A stretch of 64,000 bases of DNA from NCBI GenBank assembly GCA_963665115.1, contig OY762007.1, positions 7,904,001-7,968,000 of the forward strand. Direction: 5' to 3'. The notes below the pieces were generated by a model, which saw only the letters and a list, made by a program, of their open reading frames with translations, searched no databases and was not told the DNA's origin. This DNA is from an uncultured Rivularia sp. (GTDB taxonomy: Bacteria > Cyanobacteriota > Cyanobacteriia > Cyanobacteriales > Nostocaceae). Positions 9,720 to 19,877 of this stretch are shown piece after piece. The number at the start of each line of letters is the position of its first letter. Within the stretch, counting starts at the first letter, position 1. Both the position numbers and the translations under genes were made by a program.

Positions 9720-11186
9720 CTAACTCCTAACTGTTTTCTCCCCCCGTTGATAAATTTCTCTTGCATAATCAGTCCAGGTACCTTGTCCCCAATAACGAAA
9801 ACAGCTTGTTTGCAATAAGAAATTATCTAATAAAGCCTTGCGGTATTCGGTTTGTTGGGTAATTGATTCATCAGCTTGCAACAAAGAATCAAATTTCTGG
9901 TGAAACAAACTACTAAGTTGATTCATCGGATTTAATACATTTTCATATCCTTTAACCCAACTGATACTATTTGTCCAAGAAGCACCATCCATATGAAAGT
10001 TGGAATTTTCTTGTTTTAATTGCTCGATAACTTGTTCCACACTCTGGGAATCCGATACTCGTTCCCAAATTAAATGTTGTCCCACTGGTTGACAAACTGG
10101 GTAATCTTCTGGATTTGCACCAGCATTTTCAATTAATTCTAAATATTCGGTTCCGTTAACTCCGACAACACCTGTTTTTCCTCCACCGTTTTGCTTCATA
10201 TCGTGCCAAGCTTGCTTGTATCCAGGGGGAAATTCGTTCATCATTACACCACCGTTTTCACCGTCACCTATTTGAGTAACTATCGGTGGATAACTCTCAT
10301 TCCCTTGCGAGCTTAAAGATTTCGCTTCGTAATAAGGCTGCATTTGAGCAACTAATTTAGTGTCGGAGCCTTGAGTTTTGATCAAAGCGGTAATACTTAC
10401 GCTTTCACCTTGAGAATTTCTAGCTACAAGTCTATGTGGTGTATGTTTATTGGTTAATTCTTCACCGTTAGGTGTTTGTACTGAATGCTCTTGCACCATC
10501 AACCACTTGTAACCACATTCTTTCAGCGCTTTGACATATTCATATAAAGTATCGGGATGGTTGGGGAGGTGCATTTCTGGAGGAGAAAAACCTTTGACTC
10601 TTGCCAATGCATCCCAACCAAAAATTGCGGCAAAATAATGCTGCCATGCTTGAATGTGTAATTTTATATCGGGTATTGGCGTAGAAGGAACCACAGCATG
10701 ACCCCACATCGTACCCAACCATTCCACATAAGGTTGGTATGTCGAATCGCAGGTGATACGTTTGAGATTGTCTATGATATCTCTGCGCCCCATCTGTTGA
10801 AATCCCCATAAAAGATTGCCGGAGTAATCCAGCATTACGCGAGGATTGCAACCTTGATTGACTAATTCGGGGATAATGTCACCCATGCGACTGTAACAAT
10901 TAGCAAAAGGGCCTGCATTGTGATTGTCACCTTCACCTTGATGCTCAAACATATATTGCAGATGACTGATGTATTCGCCGTTTGCACCTGCGGGGATTGT
11001 TGGTTGGTGCATATGGAGCGCTACGGCGAAAGTCGCGGTGATATCTTCTAGTTTAAGGTTTGTATTAGGAAGGAAGACGGGGGAATTTTGATTTACGACT
11101 TCTAAAACCTGTTTTTCCGAGCCAGAAATATTTGGTAAACCGTCAATAGTTTCTGGTAGAGCAGGTAGGGTTGTTAAAGTGGGCAT
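9720..11186 (-). CDS. Glycoside hydrolase family 57 protein
   Basis: LHMHQP, FSPPEM and GDGENGG GH57-type motifs. Confidence 0.82.
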   Translation of the reverse strand: MPTLTTLPALPETIDGLPNISGSEKQVLEVVNQNSPVFLPNTNLKLEDITATFAVALHMHQPTIPAGANGEYISHLQYMFEHQGEGDNHNAGPFANCYSRMGDIIPELVNQGCNPRVMLDYSGNLLWGFQQMGRRDIIDNLKRITCDSTYQPYVEWLGTMWGHAVVPSTPIPDIKLHIQAWQHYFAAIFGWDALARVKGFSPPEMHLPNHPDTLYEYVKALKECGYKWLMVQEHSVQTPNGEELTNKHTPHRLVARNSQGESVSITALIKTQGSDTKLVAQMQPYYEAKSLSSQGNESYPPIVTQIGDGENGGVMMNEFPPGYKQAWHDMKQNGGGKTGVVGVNGTEYLELIENAGANPEDYPVCQPVGQHLIWERVSDSQSVEQVIEQLKQENSNFHMDGASWTNSISWVKGYENVLNPMNQLSSLFHQKFDSLLQADESITQQTEYRKALLDNFLLQTSCFRYWGQGTWTDYAREIYQRGEKTVRS

Positions 11187-11413
11187 TCAGTTATCAATTA
11201 ACAATGTTCAATTATCAATTATCACTTGCTGTCGGGTGCGGGGGTATATTAATTATCAATTGTTAATTATCAGACATCAACCATTCTCAGTTTTCTCAGA
11301 AAACTCTTACCAAAAGCTCAGTTACCCATCATCAAAGCCTCAGAGTCATCCGCGATATTAGTAATGTCGGCGAAACGACAACACCAAACACTTTTATCTC
11401 GGAGACATCAATC

Positions 11414-11896
11414 GTGAAATTCAACAAATTAGCTGGCTTAGGAATTGCATCTGTAGTATTATTCAGCAGCGTTGGTTCGGTAATAGCTAACTCCTCTGTG
11501 GCTGAAGCTTCTCACATATTTAGAACAAATAGAAGCATAAGAGTTGCAAATAAAGCGAAATCAATTTTGGCATCAGGTAACTTTGTTAAACAGGAAAAAG
11601 CCACCACGGGTAAAGCAAGAATTGTAAATATTAACGGAAAACGTTATTTAGAGTTTGATAAAGCATTTCGCAGTGGTGAAGGGCCAGACGTAAAAATCAT
11701 TTTACATCGCAACAGCAGCATTCCTTTAAATATTAAAGAAGAAAATTATCTTACACTCGCTCCAATCAAAAGCTTCAAAGGCGCTCAACGTTATGCAATT
11801 CCTGAAAATATCAACCTTGCTAATTATAAATCTGTAGGAATTTGGTGCGAAGAATTCAATGCAACTTTTGGTTATGCTAGCTTGCAAAATGTTTAA
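11414..11896 (+). CDS. Secreted DM13 domain protein
   Basis: Signal peptide, GPD motif, YKSVGIWCEEFNATFGYA. Confidence 0.88.
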   Translation: MKFNKLAGLGIASVVLFSSVGSVIANSSVAEASHIFRTNRSIRVANKAKSILASGNFVKQEKATTGKARIVNINGKRYLEFDKAFRSGEGPDVKIILHRNSSIPLNIKEENYLTLAPIKSFKGAQRYAIPENINLANYKSVGIWCEEFNATFGYASLQNV

Positions 11897-12007
11897 TAAA
11901 AAATGTAGAGAGGCGATACTATGGCCGTCTCTACAAAAGGTTTTTTAGTTCTTACCGATTACCTATTACCAATTACCTATTACCTATTACCTATTACCTA
12001 TTACCCA

Positions 12008-13123
12008 TTACCGTCCTAAACTCCTCGGATCGAGTGCATCTCTCAATCCATCACCAAGCAAGTTAAATGCTAATACTGTCAAAATAATTACGACTGTGGG
12101 AGGCCAAATTAACCACGGTTGCAGCACCAAAATAGAAGCATTGGTTGCTAAAGATAGCATATTACCCCAAGAAGGATCTGGCTGTTGAATCCCTAAACCA
12201 ATCAAACTTAATACCGCTTCCGCACCGATGAAACTGGGTATAGAAAGAGTTGCGGAGATAATAATATAGGTTGCAGTTTGGGGTAAAACGTGGCGAATAA
12301 TAATATATAAAGGTTTAGCCCCCATTGCTCTTGCTGCTTGAACAAATTCTCTTTCTTTAATTGATAACACTTGTCCGCGAATTACCCGCGCTAAACCAGC
12401 CCAGCCAATAAAAGAAGTAATTAAAACAATGAGTAAAAAGCGTTGAGTATTGCTTATCTCATCTGGTAAAACCGCCCCCAATGTAACCAGAAGAAATATG
12501 CTTGGGAATATCATCATTACTTCCACTACGCGCATAATTATCGAGTCAGCCCAACCTCCGAAATAACCGGAAATTCCGCCAAAGAAAAGACCTAAAGGAA
12601 AAGAAATCGCAACACCAAAAATCCCGATAAATAAGCTTATGCGACCACCATACAGCAAACGGCTGAATTCATCCCGTGCTTGATCGTCGGTACCTAAAAG
12701 ATTGAATCTTGTTTCATTCGTAGTGCCAAATAAATGCAAATTTAATGGAATACCGGGAAATATCGTAACTTCCTCCCATTTTGGCGGTAGCGGTAAACTA
12801 AATTTAAACAGCTTATATTCCGAACCTTGGACAAACAAACGTAGAGGAGAAGGTTTGCTGTAATCTACAATTATTTTGCGATCGCCCGTATCTAAATTTG
12901 TATCACCTTGAGTAGTCGGATAAACGTGAGGACCAATAAATTTTCCTTCTTGGTTATTTAGATGTACGCGAGTCGGTGGCAGCAAAGAACCATTTGGCTG
13001 CGAATAATATGGGTCATAAGGCGCGACAAAATCCGCAAAAATTACCGTTATATAGAAGATTATCAGTAAAACTGCCCCAAATTGCGCTAAAGGATTTTTC
13101 TTGAGTCTTTGCCACCAGTTCAT
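12008..13123 (-). CDS. Oligopeptide/dipeptide ABC transporter permease (OppC/DppC family)
   Basis: LGTDDQARD, GGRISL, EAA loop FVQAARAMGA, LGDGLRDALDP. Confidence 0.92.
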   Translation of the reverse strand: MNWWQRLKKNPLAQFGAVLLIIFYITVIFADFVAPYDPYYSQPNGSLLPPTRVHLNNQEGKFIGPHVYPTTQGDTNLDTGDRKIIVDYSKPSPLRLFVQGSEYKLFKFSLPLPPKWEEVTIFPGIPLNLHLFGTTNETRFNLLGTDDQARDEFSRLLYGGRISLFIGIFGVAISFPLGLFFGGISGYFGGWADSIIMRVVEVMMIFPSIFLLVTLGAVLPDEISNTQRFLLIVLITSFIGWAGLARVIRGQVLSIKEREFVQAARAMGAKPLYIIIRHVLPQTATYIIISATLSIPSFIGAEAVLSLIGLGIQQPDPSWGNMLSLATNASILVLQPWLIWPPTVVIILTVLAFNLLGDGLRDALDPRSLGR

Positions 13124-13284
13124 AGTTTATACGAGTTACTTAGTTATGAATGTTAAAGCACACATTCTGATTTATAAATTATAAAACCTGGAGATATTTA
13201 ACAAATCTTAATATTTTAGAACGGAAATAGAATTGAGCAAGTTAGAAGTGTATTAAAGTAGGTTGGTGAATTGGTTATACATTT

Positions 13285-14067
13285 ATGACTGCACAAAACT
13301 TAAATATATTTCAACATCCTCGATTCAATGAAATTCAACATTATACAGCGATTCGTTTAGGATGTGATGTTGATGCTTTAAAAAATTCTGGTAATGTTAT
13401 TGTTTCAGCAAAACCGAAAGCTTATGAAGATTTTATGGAACCTTCATCCCTGGGAGAAGCCAATATCATCTCCTTGACTCAAATGGAAAATTGTTCCATA
13501 GTTCGTAAAAATTCCCAAGAAACCGAAGCAGTTAAGAATATATTAGAACAAATAGATAGCAGTCAAAAACTTTCACCAAAAGATTTTTTACAATTTGAAA
13601 CCGTCAATCAACATGGTTATCAAGAACCTTATTTTTATCTAAATCCTCAAGATTTTAAAGCATTTTCCGATTCAAACGTAATCCAATTATCTCCATATAA
13701 TCCCGAGCATATTGCAATGGTGGAAAGTCTTCATGAAACAGTTGAAGAAAAAATGCGTTGGTTTTCAGAAATTGATCATGCAGTAGTTTATGGTTATATG
13801 CTAGACAAAAAAATTGTCGGAATAGCAAGTCATTTTTTATTTGAATCCTCAGAATTTAAAGTTGCTGCTGGGGGAGTATTGGTTAATCCCGAATACCGTA
13901 GAAGAAATATTGGGAAAGCAGTTGTTTCTGCAATTTGTGAATGGGCATTACAGCGAGATTATATCGTAGAGTGGAGTTCCTGGGATGAAAATATTGCATC
14001 AATTGCTTTGGCAAAAAGCCTTGGTTTTCAACAATTTTTATCTGAATATGAATTCTTGGTTAGTTGA
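13285..14067 (+). CDS. GNAT family N-acetyltransferase
   Basis: VNPEYRRRNIGK acetyl-CoA motif, NIASIALAKSLGF. Confidence 0.82.
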   Translation: MTAQNLNIFQHPRFNEIQHYTAIRLGCDVDALKNSGNVIVSAKPKAYEDFMEPSSLGEANIISLTQMENCSIVRKNSQETEAVKNILEQIDSSQKLSPKDFLQFETVNQHGYQEPYFYLNPQDFKAFSDSNVIQLSPYNPEHIAMVESLHETVEEKMRWFSEIDHAVVYGYMLDKKIVGIASHFLFESSEFKVAAGGVLVNPEYRRRNIGKAVVSAICEWALQRDYIVEWSSWDENIASIALAKSLGFQQFLSEYEFLVS

Positions 14068-14103
14068 GAAGAAAAATATAGTAAAACTAAAATTATTATA
14101 ACT

Positions 14104-14766
14104 ATGGTGCAAATAATTCAAGCTAGAGATATCAGTCTTTACGAATTAGAAGAAAAGTTTGGTTTGCAACTTTCTACGGATAAAGATTTTTTTACTGAAT
14201 GGACGGATAATTTACCTTCACTGACCGAGATAGAAAAGCAATCTTTAAAACGAGTTCAAAGTAATTATTTTAATTTAACTAGACGACGTTTAATATCAGA
14301 AGAAGCAGTAAAAATGGTCGTGCTGTCTCCTTTACTAGATTTAGCTGGTTTCTATCAACCACCTTTTGAAATTGAAACCGAAACTTCTGTAGAAATTGTA
14401 GCGGAGGAAGAGGGAGTTAAGCTGAAAGGTAATATTGATGTTTTGGTAGTGCAAAAAAACTTTTGGATACTTGTTATTGAATCTAAAAGTACTAAATTTG
14501 ATGTGATGGTAGCGCTACCTCAAGCATTAGCTTGTATGTTAAATTCTCCCAATCGGGAAAAACATAGTTTTTGTTTACTTGTTAATGGTAGGGAATTTGT
14601 TTTTGTTAAATTAATGCAGGAAGAGCAAAACAAATATGCTCGCTCTTATGCTTTGTTGATTGAGAAAGATGATGAGTTTCAGCAGGTTTTGAGCGTGTTG
14701 AAGCGGGTTAGTGGATTGGTTGCAAATGTGTCACAGCAAAAGACTTGCAAGGAGATAACGAGATAA
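14104..14766 (+). CDS. HsdR N-terminal-like PD-(D/E)xK nuclease-fold protein (cyanobacterial family)
   Basis: EEAVKMVVLSPLLDLAGF, GNIDVLVV...VIESK, PQALA, NGREF. Confidence 0.75.
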   Translation: MVQIIQARDISLYELEEKFGLQLSTDKDFFTEWTDNLPSLTEIEKQSLKRVQSNYFNLTRRRLISEEAVKMVVLSPLLDLAGFYQPPFEIETETSVEIVAEEEGVKLKGNIDVLVVQKNFWILVIESKSTKFDVMVALPQALACMLNSPNREKHSFCLLVNGREFVFVKLMQEEQNKYARSYALLIEKDDEFQQVLSVLKRVSGLVANVSQQKTCKEITR

Positions 14767-14774
14767 GAATAAAA

Positions 14775-15290
14775 TTATAATAACAATCTCTTATCTTTAT
14801 GTGCATTTTTAATCATTATCTGAAGCATTATATCTGCTGCACTTAAAACTTGTTTTTGAGGTTCATTTAATAGATAATTATATTTTGAAGATTTAAATCC
14901 ATTTTGACTGGCTATCTGTAGAAGTTTTTCATAATCTCCTGTTGCAAATAATTCTGCTGCCTCTTCCATTTCATGAATCTGACATTTGTTTTTGGTACGT
15001 ATTAATAAAAGACTCAAATATTTTTTTGCTTCAATTAAAGATTGTTCTATATTATCTAAATTATCTTTAGTCGCACCTGAAAGAGTTGAAACTGTAGCAA
15101 GGTTTTTAATGCAACCAGCATAAATGTCTTGGATTTGACTGATTTGCTCTCTTTCTTTTTGAAAATAATTATTAATTCTAGCCGTTAATAAATTAATGAT
15201 TGCACTAGTTATAACAGTAAAGAAAACTATATATACACCCATCAACGTAGGGTTATTGAAAGGCATAAAATCAAAGAAAGAATTTGACAT
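14775..15290 (-). CDS. Hypothetical protein with one N-terminal TM helix
   Basis: 171-aa very AT-rich ORF with a hydrophobic stretch at about aa 16-35. Confidence 0.6.
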   Translation of the reverse strand: MSNSFFDFMPFNNPTLMGVYIVFFTVITSAIINLLTARINNYFQKEREQISQIQDIYAGCIKNLATVSTLSGATKDNLDNIEQSLIEAKKYLSLLLIRTKNKCQIHEMEEAAELFATGDYEKLLQIASQNGFKSSKYNYLLNEPQKQVLSAADIMLQIMIKNAHKDKRLLL

Positions 15291-15514
15291 CGTAAATAAA
15301 ACTCAGTTTTATAGATTGTTTGTAGTCTATGTTGGAAACATCCAATTTTTCAAAAAGATGTGTAGTGCGAGCATCTTGCTCGCTAGTAATCAGCATCTTG
15401 CTCGCTAGTAATCACTATATTGTTCAACACTATAGGTAATATTGAATTAACTCGTTTGATAACCAAAATACTGGAGACGTAGCAATGCTACGTCTCTACA
15501 TTAGTTACCTATTA

Positions 15515-16628
15515 TCAATCAAATGTAACTACACTACGAATTGATTCGCCTTTATGCATCAATTCAAAACCTTCGTTAATTTTTTCTATTGGCATCACAT
15601 GAGTAATTAAATCGTCGATATTTATCTTGCCATCCATGTACCAATCAACAATTTTCGGAACATCGGTACGTCCCCTCGCACCACCAAAAGCCGAACCTTT
15701 CCAAACTCTTCCAGTTACTAATTGAAATGGACGAGTACTTATTTCTTCTCCGGCACCAGCAACGCCAATTATAATACTTTGTCCCCAACCTTTATGACAG
15801 CATTCTAATGCTTGACGCATTGTTTTTACGTTACCAATACATTCAAATGTATAGTCTGCTCCACCTTTGGTTAAATCTACTAAATAAGGAACCAAATCAC
15901 CTTCAACTTCCTTTGGATTAACAAAGTGCGTCATTCCGAATTTTTCTGCTAATTCGCGTTTTGCAGGATTAATATCTACACCGATAATCATATCGGCTCC
16001 TACCATTCTTGCGCCTTGAATTACGTTTAAACCAATACCACCCAATCCGAAAACTATAACTTTTGCACCGGCTTCTACTTTTGCTGTGTAAATAACCGCA
16101 CCAATTCCGGTAGTAACTCCGCAACCGATGTAACAGACTTTTTCAAAAGGAGCATCTTCACGAATTTTAGCTACAGCAATTTCTGGTAACACCGTATAGT
16201 TAGCGAAAGTTGACGTACCCATATAGTGATAAAGCTTCTTGTCGCCAATCGAAAAACGACTGCTACCATCGGGCATCAAACCTTTACCTTGAGTACTGCG
16301 AATTGCTTGACAAAGGTTAGTTTTTAAGCTTAAACAATATTCGCACTGACGGCATTCGGGGGTGTAAAGAGGAATAACGCGATCGCCTTTTTTGACGCTG
16401 GTGACACCTTGCCCTACATCTACAACAACACCCGCACCTTCATGTCCCAAAATAGCGGGAAATAAACCTTCAGGATCTTTACCCGAAAGCGTGTAAGCAT
16501 CGGTATGGCAAATTCCGCTGGCTTTAATTTCTATTAATACCTCACCAGATTTTGGGCCCCTCCAAATTAACCGTTTCAATACTCAACGGCTTACCCGCTT
16601 CATAAGCTACTGCTGCTTTAACTTCCAC
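15515..16628 (-). CDS. frmA: S-(hydroxymethyl)glutathione dehydrogenase / class III alcohol dehydrogenase; +1 frameshift near 16552
   Basis: GICHTD, GHEGAG, four-Cys structural Zn site, GLGGIG. The true N-terminus [15 protein letters not shown] starts at GTG 16628 in another frame and joins if one A is removed from cccaaaatct. Confidence 0.92.
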
Positions 16629-16678
16629 TTTTCACCCCTTTTTTTTCAGACAATCTTCTTTATTGAGTTTATAGCGGA

Positions 16679-17095
16679 TGGGAGAGGGGGTAGAGGGGGA
16701 AGAGGGGGTAGAGGGGGAAGAGGGGGTAGAGGGGGGAGAGGGGGAAGAGGGGGGAGAGGGGGTAGATGGGGAGATGGGAAAAGGAAGATTAAAAAAAATT
16801 GTAGTGGGAGCATCTTGCTCCCTATTAGTTTTCCAATTACCAATTACCCAATCCCCGATTACCAATTCCCAATTACCCAATCCCCGATTACCAATTCCCT
16901 ATTACCCAATCCCCGATTACCAATTACCAATTACCAATTACCCAATCCCCGATTACCAATTACCAATTACCCAATCCCCGATTACCAATTACCAATTACC
17001 CAATCCCCAATTACCAATTACCAATTACCCAATCCCCAATCCCCAATCCCCAATCCCCCATGCCCAATCCCCAATCCCCAATTCCCAATGCCAAT
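16679..17095. repeat. Large STRR block: G-rich 9-mers, a REP palindrome (16801-16823), and CCAATTA/CCCAATC/CCCGATTA heptamer arrays
   Basis: Directly visible tandem repeats between divergent frmA and avtA. Confidence 0.95.
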
Positions 17096-17138
17096 TGAAT
17101 ATTATAGTTAAACTATCTATATTTATTATCGATTGCTT

Positions 17139-18422
17139 ATGAAACCTGCCCTAACTAAATTCGGCGCTCAAATGTCCAAGCTTACCGGCGTGAGAGCGAT
17201 TATGAAGGATATCAACGAAACTTTACGCGCGGGTGAAGGGCAGGAGTTGATGAATTTGAGTGCGGGTAATCCGTTGATTTTGCCTGAAGTCGAACAATTA
17301 TGGCGTGATTGTACTGCGGAACTTTTGGCAAGCGCGGAGTATGGTGAAGTAGTTTGCCGCTATGGTTATTCTAAGGGCTACTCGCCGTTAATCGAAGCTG
17401 TTACTAAAGACTTTAATAAACGTTATGGTTTAGAGCTTACCGAACGTAATATTTTAATTACTCCTGGCAGCCAAACGCTTTATTTCTATGCTGCAAATGT
17501 CTTCGGCGGCTACACCAATAACGAAGAGTTAAAACAAATTGTTCTTCCTTTAAGTCCCGATTATACGGGTTACGGCGGAGTTAGCTTGGTTCCCGAAGCT
17601 TTATTTGCTTACAAACCAACTTTAGATATTGACGCACCAGCACATAGATTTAAATATCGTCCCGACTTTAGCAAGTTATCGATTACCGAACAGACTGGTT
17701 GTGTTTTATTCTCTCGTCCCTGCAATCCTACGGGTAATGTTGTCACCGACGAAGAAGTTCAAAAAATCGCTGCACTTGCCGCACAATCAGATGTACCAGT
17801 TTTAATTGACTCGGCATACGCGCCACCTTTCCCCGCGTTGAATTATACAGAGATGACACCAACTTTTGGTGAAAACATTTTGCACTGCATGAGTTTATCA
17901 AAAGCGGGATTACCTGGAGAAAGAGTTGGTATTGCCATCGGTAGCGAAAAGTTAATTGATGCGTTGGAATGTTTCCAAGCAAACGCGAGCTTGCATTCAT
18001 CACGATACGGGCAAGCCATAGCCGCCCTCGCCATTAAGTCTGGCAAATTAGCGCATATCAGCGAAACCGTAATTCGTCCTTTTTATAAAAACAAATTCAC
18101 AGTTTTAGAAAGTACTTTAGAAGAAGCAATGCCCGATAATGTACCTTGGTTTATACATCGAGGTGAAGGAGCAATTTTCGCTTGGATATGGCTCAAAGAT
18201 CTACCCATCAGCGATGCAGATTTTTATCAACAGCTTAAGAAAGTAGGTGTAATAGTCGTTCCCGGAAACTCCTTCTTCCCCGGATTACGCGAAGAGTGGC
18301 AACACAAACATGAATGTTTCCGCGTCAGCCTCACAGGTAGCGACGAAGAAATTAAAACCGGAATGCAGCGTTTTGCACAAGTCGCCGAAGAAGTTTATCG
18401 CAGTGCAGCCGTGAGCGCGTGA
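17139..18422 (+). CDS. avtA: Valine--pyruvate aminotransferase
   Basis: FGAQMSKLTGVRAIMKDI, LSAGNP, SRPCNPTG, DSAY, SLSKAGLPGER (PLP lysine). Confidence 0.9.
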   Translation: MKPALTKFGAQMSKLTGVRAIMKDINETLRAGEGQELMNLSAGNPLILPEVEQLWRDCTAELLASAEYGEVVCRYGYSKGYSPLIEAVTKDFNKRYGLELTERNILITPGSQTLYFYAANVFGGYTNNEELKQIVLPLSPDYTGYGGVSLVPEALFAYKPTLDIDAPAHRFKYRPDFSKLSITEQTGCVLFSRPCNPTGNVVTDEEVQKIAALAAQSDVPVLIDSAYAPPFPALNYTEMTPTFGENILHCMSLSKAGLPGERVGIAIGSEKLIDALECFQANASLHSSRYGQAIAALAIKSGKLAHISETVIRPFYKNKFTVLESTLEEAMPDNVPWFIHRGEGAIFAWIWLKDLPISDADFYQQLKKVGVIVVPGNSFFPGLREEWQHKHECFRVSLTGSDEEIKTGMQRFAQVAEEVYRSAAVSA

Positions 18423-18424
18423 GA

Positions 18425-18692
18425 TGATGGGGAGATGGGGGATGGGGAGACAAGGGGACGTTATTAAAGTAGTGAGTAGTGAGTAGTGAGTAATGAGTAA
18501 TGAGTAATAAGTAATAAGTAGCGAGTAAAAATAGACGGGCAGCTATGAGCAACATTTATGACAATAATAATAAGTGATTTACTTGCTACTCTCTACTCGC
18601 TACTCGCTACTCGCTACTCTCTACTCTCTACTCGCTACTCCCTACTCCTAACTCCGTGAGCTATGCCCTTCTTACCAATTCCCTATGCCCAA
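18425..18692 (-). repeat. Composite repeat element copy B (core 18524-18583)
   Basis: Reverse complement of copy A, including the flanking ctccgtgagctatgccc and ttattaaagt linkers. Confidence 0.85.
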
Positions 18693-18723
18693 TTGATAAT
18701 TGATAATTGATAATTGATAACTG

Positions 18724-19311
18724 ATGATTGATGACTGGTTGGAAATTGGTAAGATTGTTTCGCCTCAAGGTATGAAGGGTGAGTTACGGGTTTATCCGCA
18801 AACGGATTTTCCCGAACGCTTTGAGGTGCCGGGTAAGCGCTGGCTGTTGCGTGCGAATGCGACGGAGCCGGAAGAGGTGGAGTTGCTTAAAGGACGTTTT
18901 CTTGAAGGTAAAAATCTCTATGTGATTCAGCTTGCGGGTGTGAAATATCGCGATCAAGCTGAGGATTTGCGGGGTTGTAAGTTACTTGTGCCCTTATGCG
19001 ATCGCCCAGAGTTGGGTGAAGATGAATATCATTTGATGGATTTGGTGGGTTTACCTGTTTTTATGCAGGATGGTGGTGAGTTGATTGGTACGGTTGTTGA
19101 TTTGATTAATGCTGGCAACGATTTGTTAGAGGTACGGTTGGGAAGTGAGGAAGAAGGGGATAAGGGGACAAGGGGACAAGGTGATGGGGAGAAAATCCAA
19201 AATCCCAAGAATGTTTTAATTCCTTTTGTAAAAGCTATTGTTCCGGTGGTTGATTTGGAGGCTGGTAGAATTGAGATTACGCCACCAATTGGTTTGTTGG
19301 AGATTAATTGA
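18724..19311 (+). CDS. rimM: Ribosome maturation factor RimM
   Basis: [39 protein letters not shown]. Carries an in-frame low-complexity insert. Confidence 0.93.
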   Translation: MIDDWLEIGKIVSPQGMKGELRVYPQTDFPERFEVPGKRWLLRANATEPEEVELLKGRFLEGKNLYVIQLAGVKYRDQAEDLRGCKLLVPLCDRPELGEDEYHLMDLVGLPVFMQDGGELIGTVVDLINAGNDLLEVRLGSEEEGDKGTRGQGDGEKIQNPKNVLIPFVKAIVPVVDLEAGRIEITPPIGLLEIN

Positions 19312-19877
19312 TTTTAGACAACTACTCATTGCGATCGATTGGAAACCTGGTTTTTTGGAAAAACTGGGTTTATCGGCATATCAAATTATGATTATTAGAT
19401 TGCTATATAACTAATTTAGTTTTTTATGCTGTCTATTTAAAAATATTAATTAACTGTAGTTAAGTAATTAAATAATTTATATTATCTTCTATCTAAAGAA
19501 GTAGCTTTTATGAAAAATAAATATAAACTATTGATTATTGAAAATAAGTCAATACTATTTTGTTATCCAAGCTTTGGTTAAATTGCGGTTAAATTTAAAC
19601 AACTAAATATATATTATGCTAAACTCCAAAACAGATTGTTTAGCTATTTAGTTCGCTTTTCACAATTTAATCTTTTAATAACGTTGATTTGACGATAGAA
19701 GAGATAACTTTAAATTATTTAAAATCATAAATATTCTGTTTCGCTATGCTGCGAGTGGTACATTAGGCTAACGCAAGAATACAAGAAATATTCACTTAGA
19801 TATAATATTAAAAAAATCAAATATTTACGTTTAAATAAATGTAAAAGCATCAAAAGAATTACTTCAAGGAGTTGATT

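Noticed and set aside
16833..17095. Regular repeat array resembling a CRISPR
   Set aside because: Only heptamer units with no unique spacers, and no cas genes in the window.
16632..17142. Pro/Gly-rich ORFs in the track (also 7444-7656, 18352-18555, 22151-22531, 47103-47396, 57389-57679)
   Set aside because: They are translations of STRR arrays ([16 protein letters not shown]), not credible genes.
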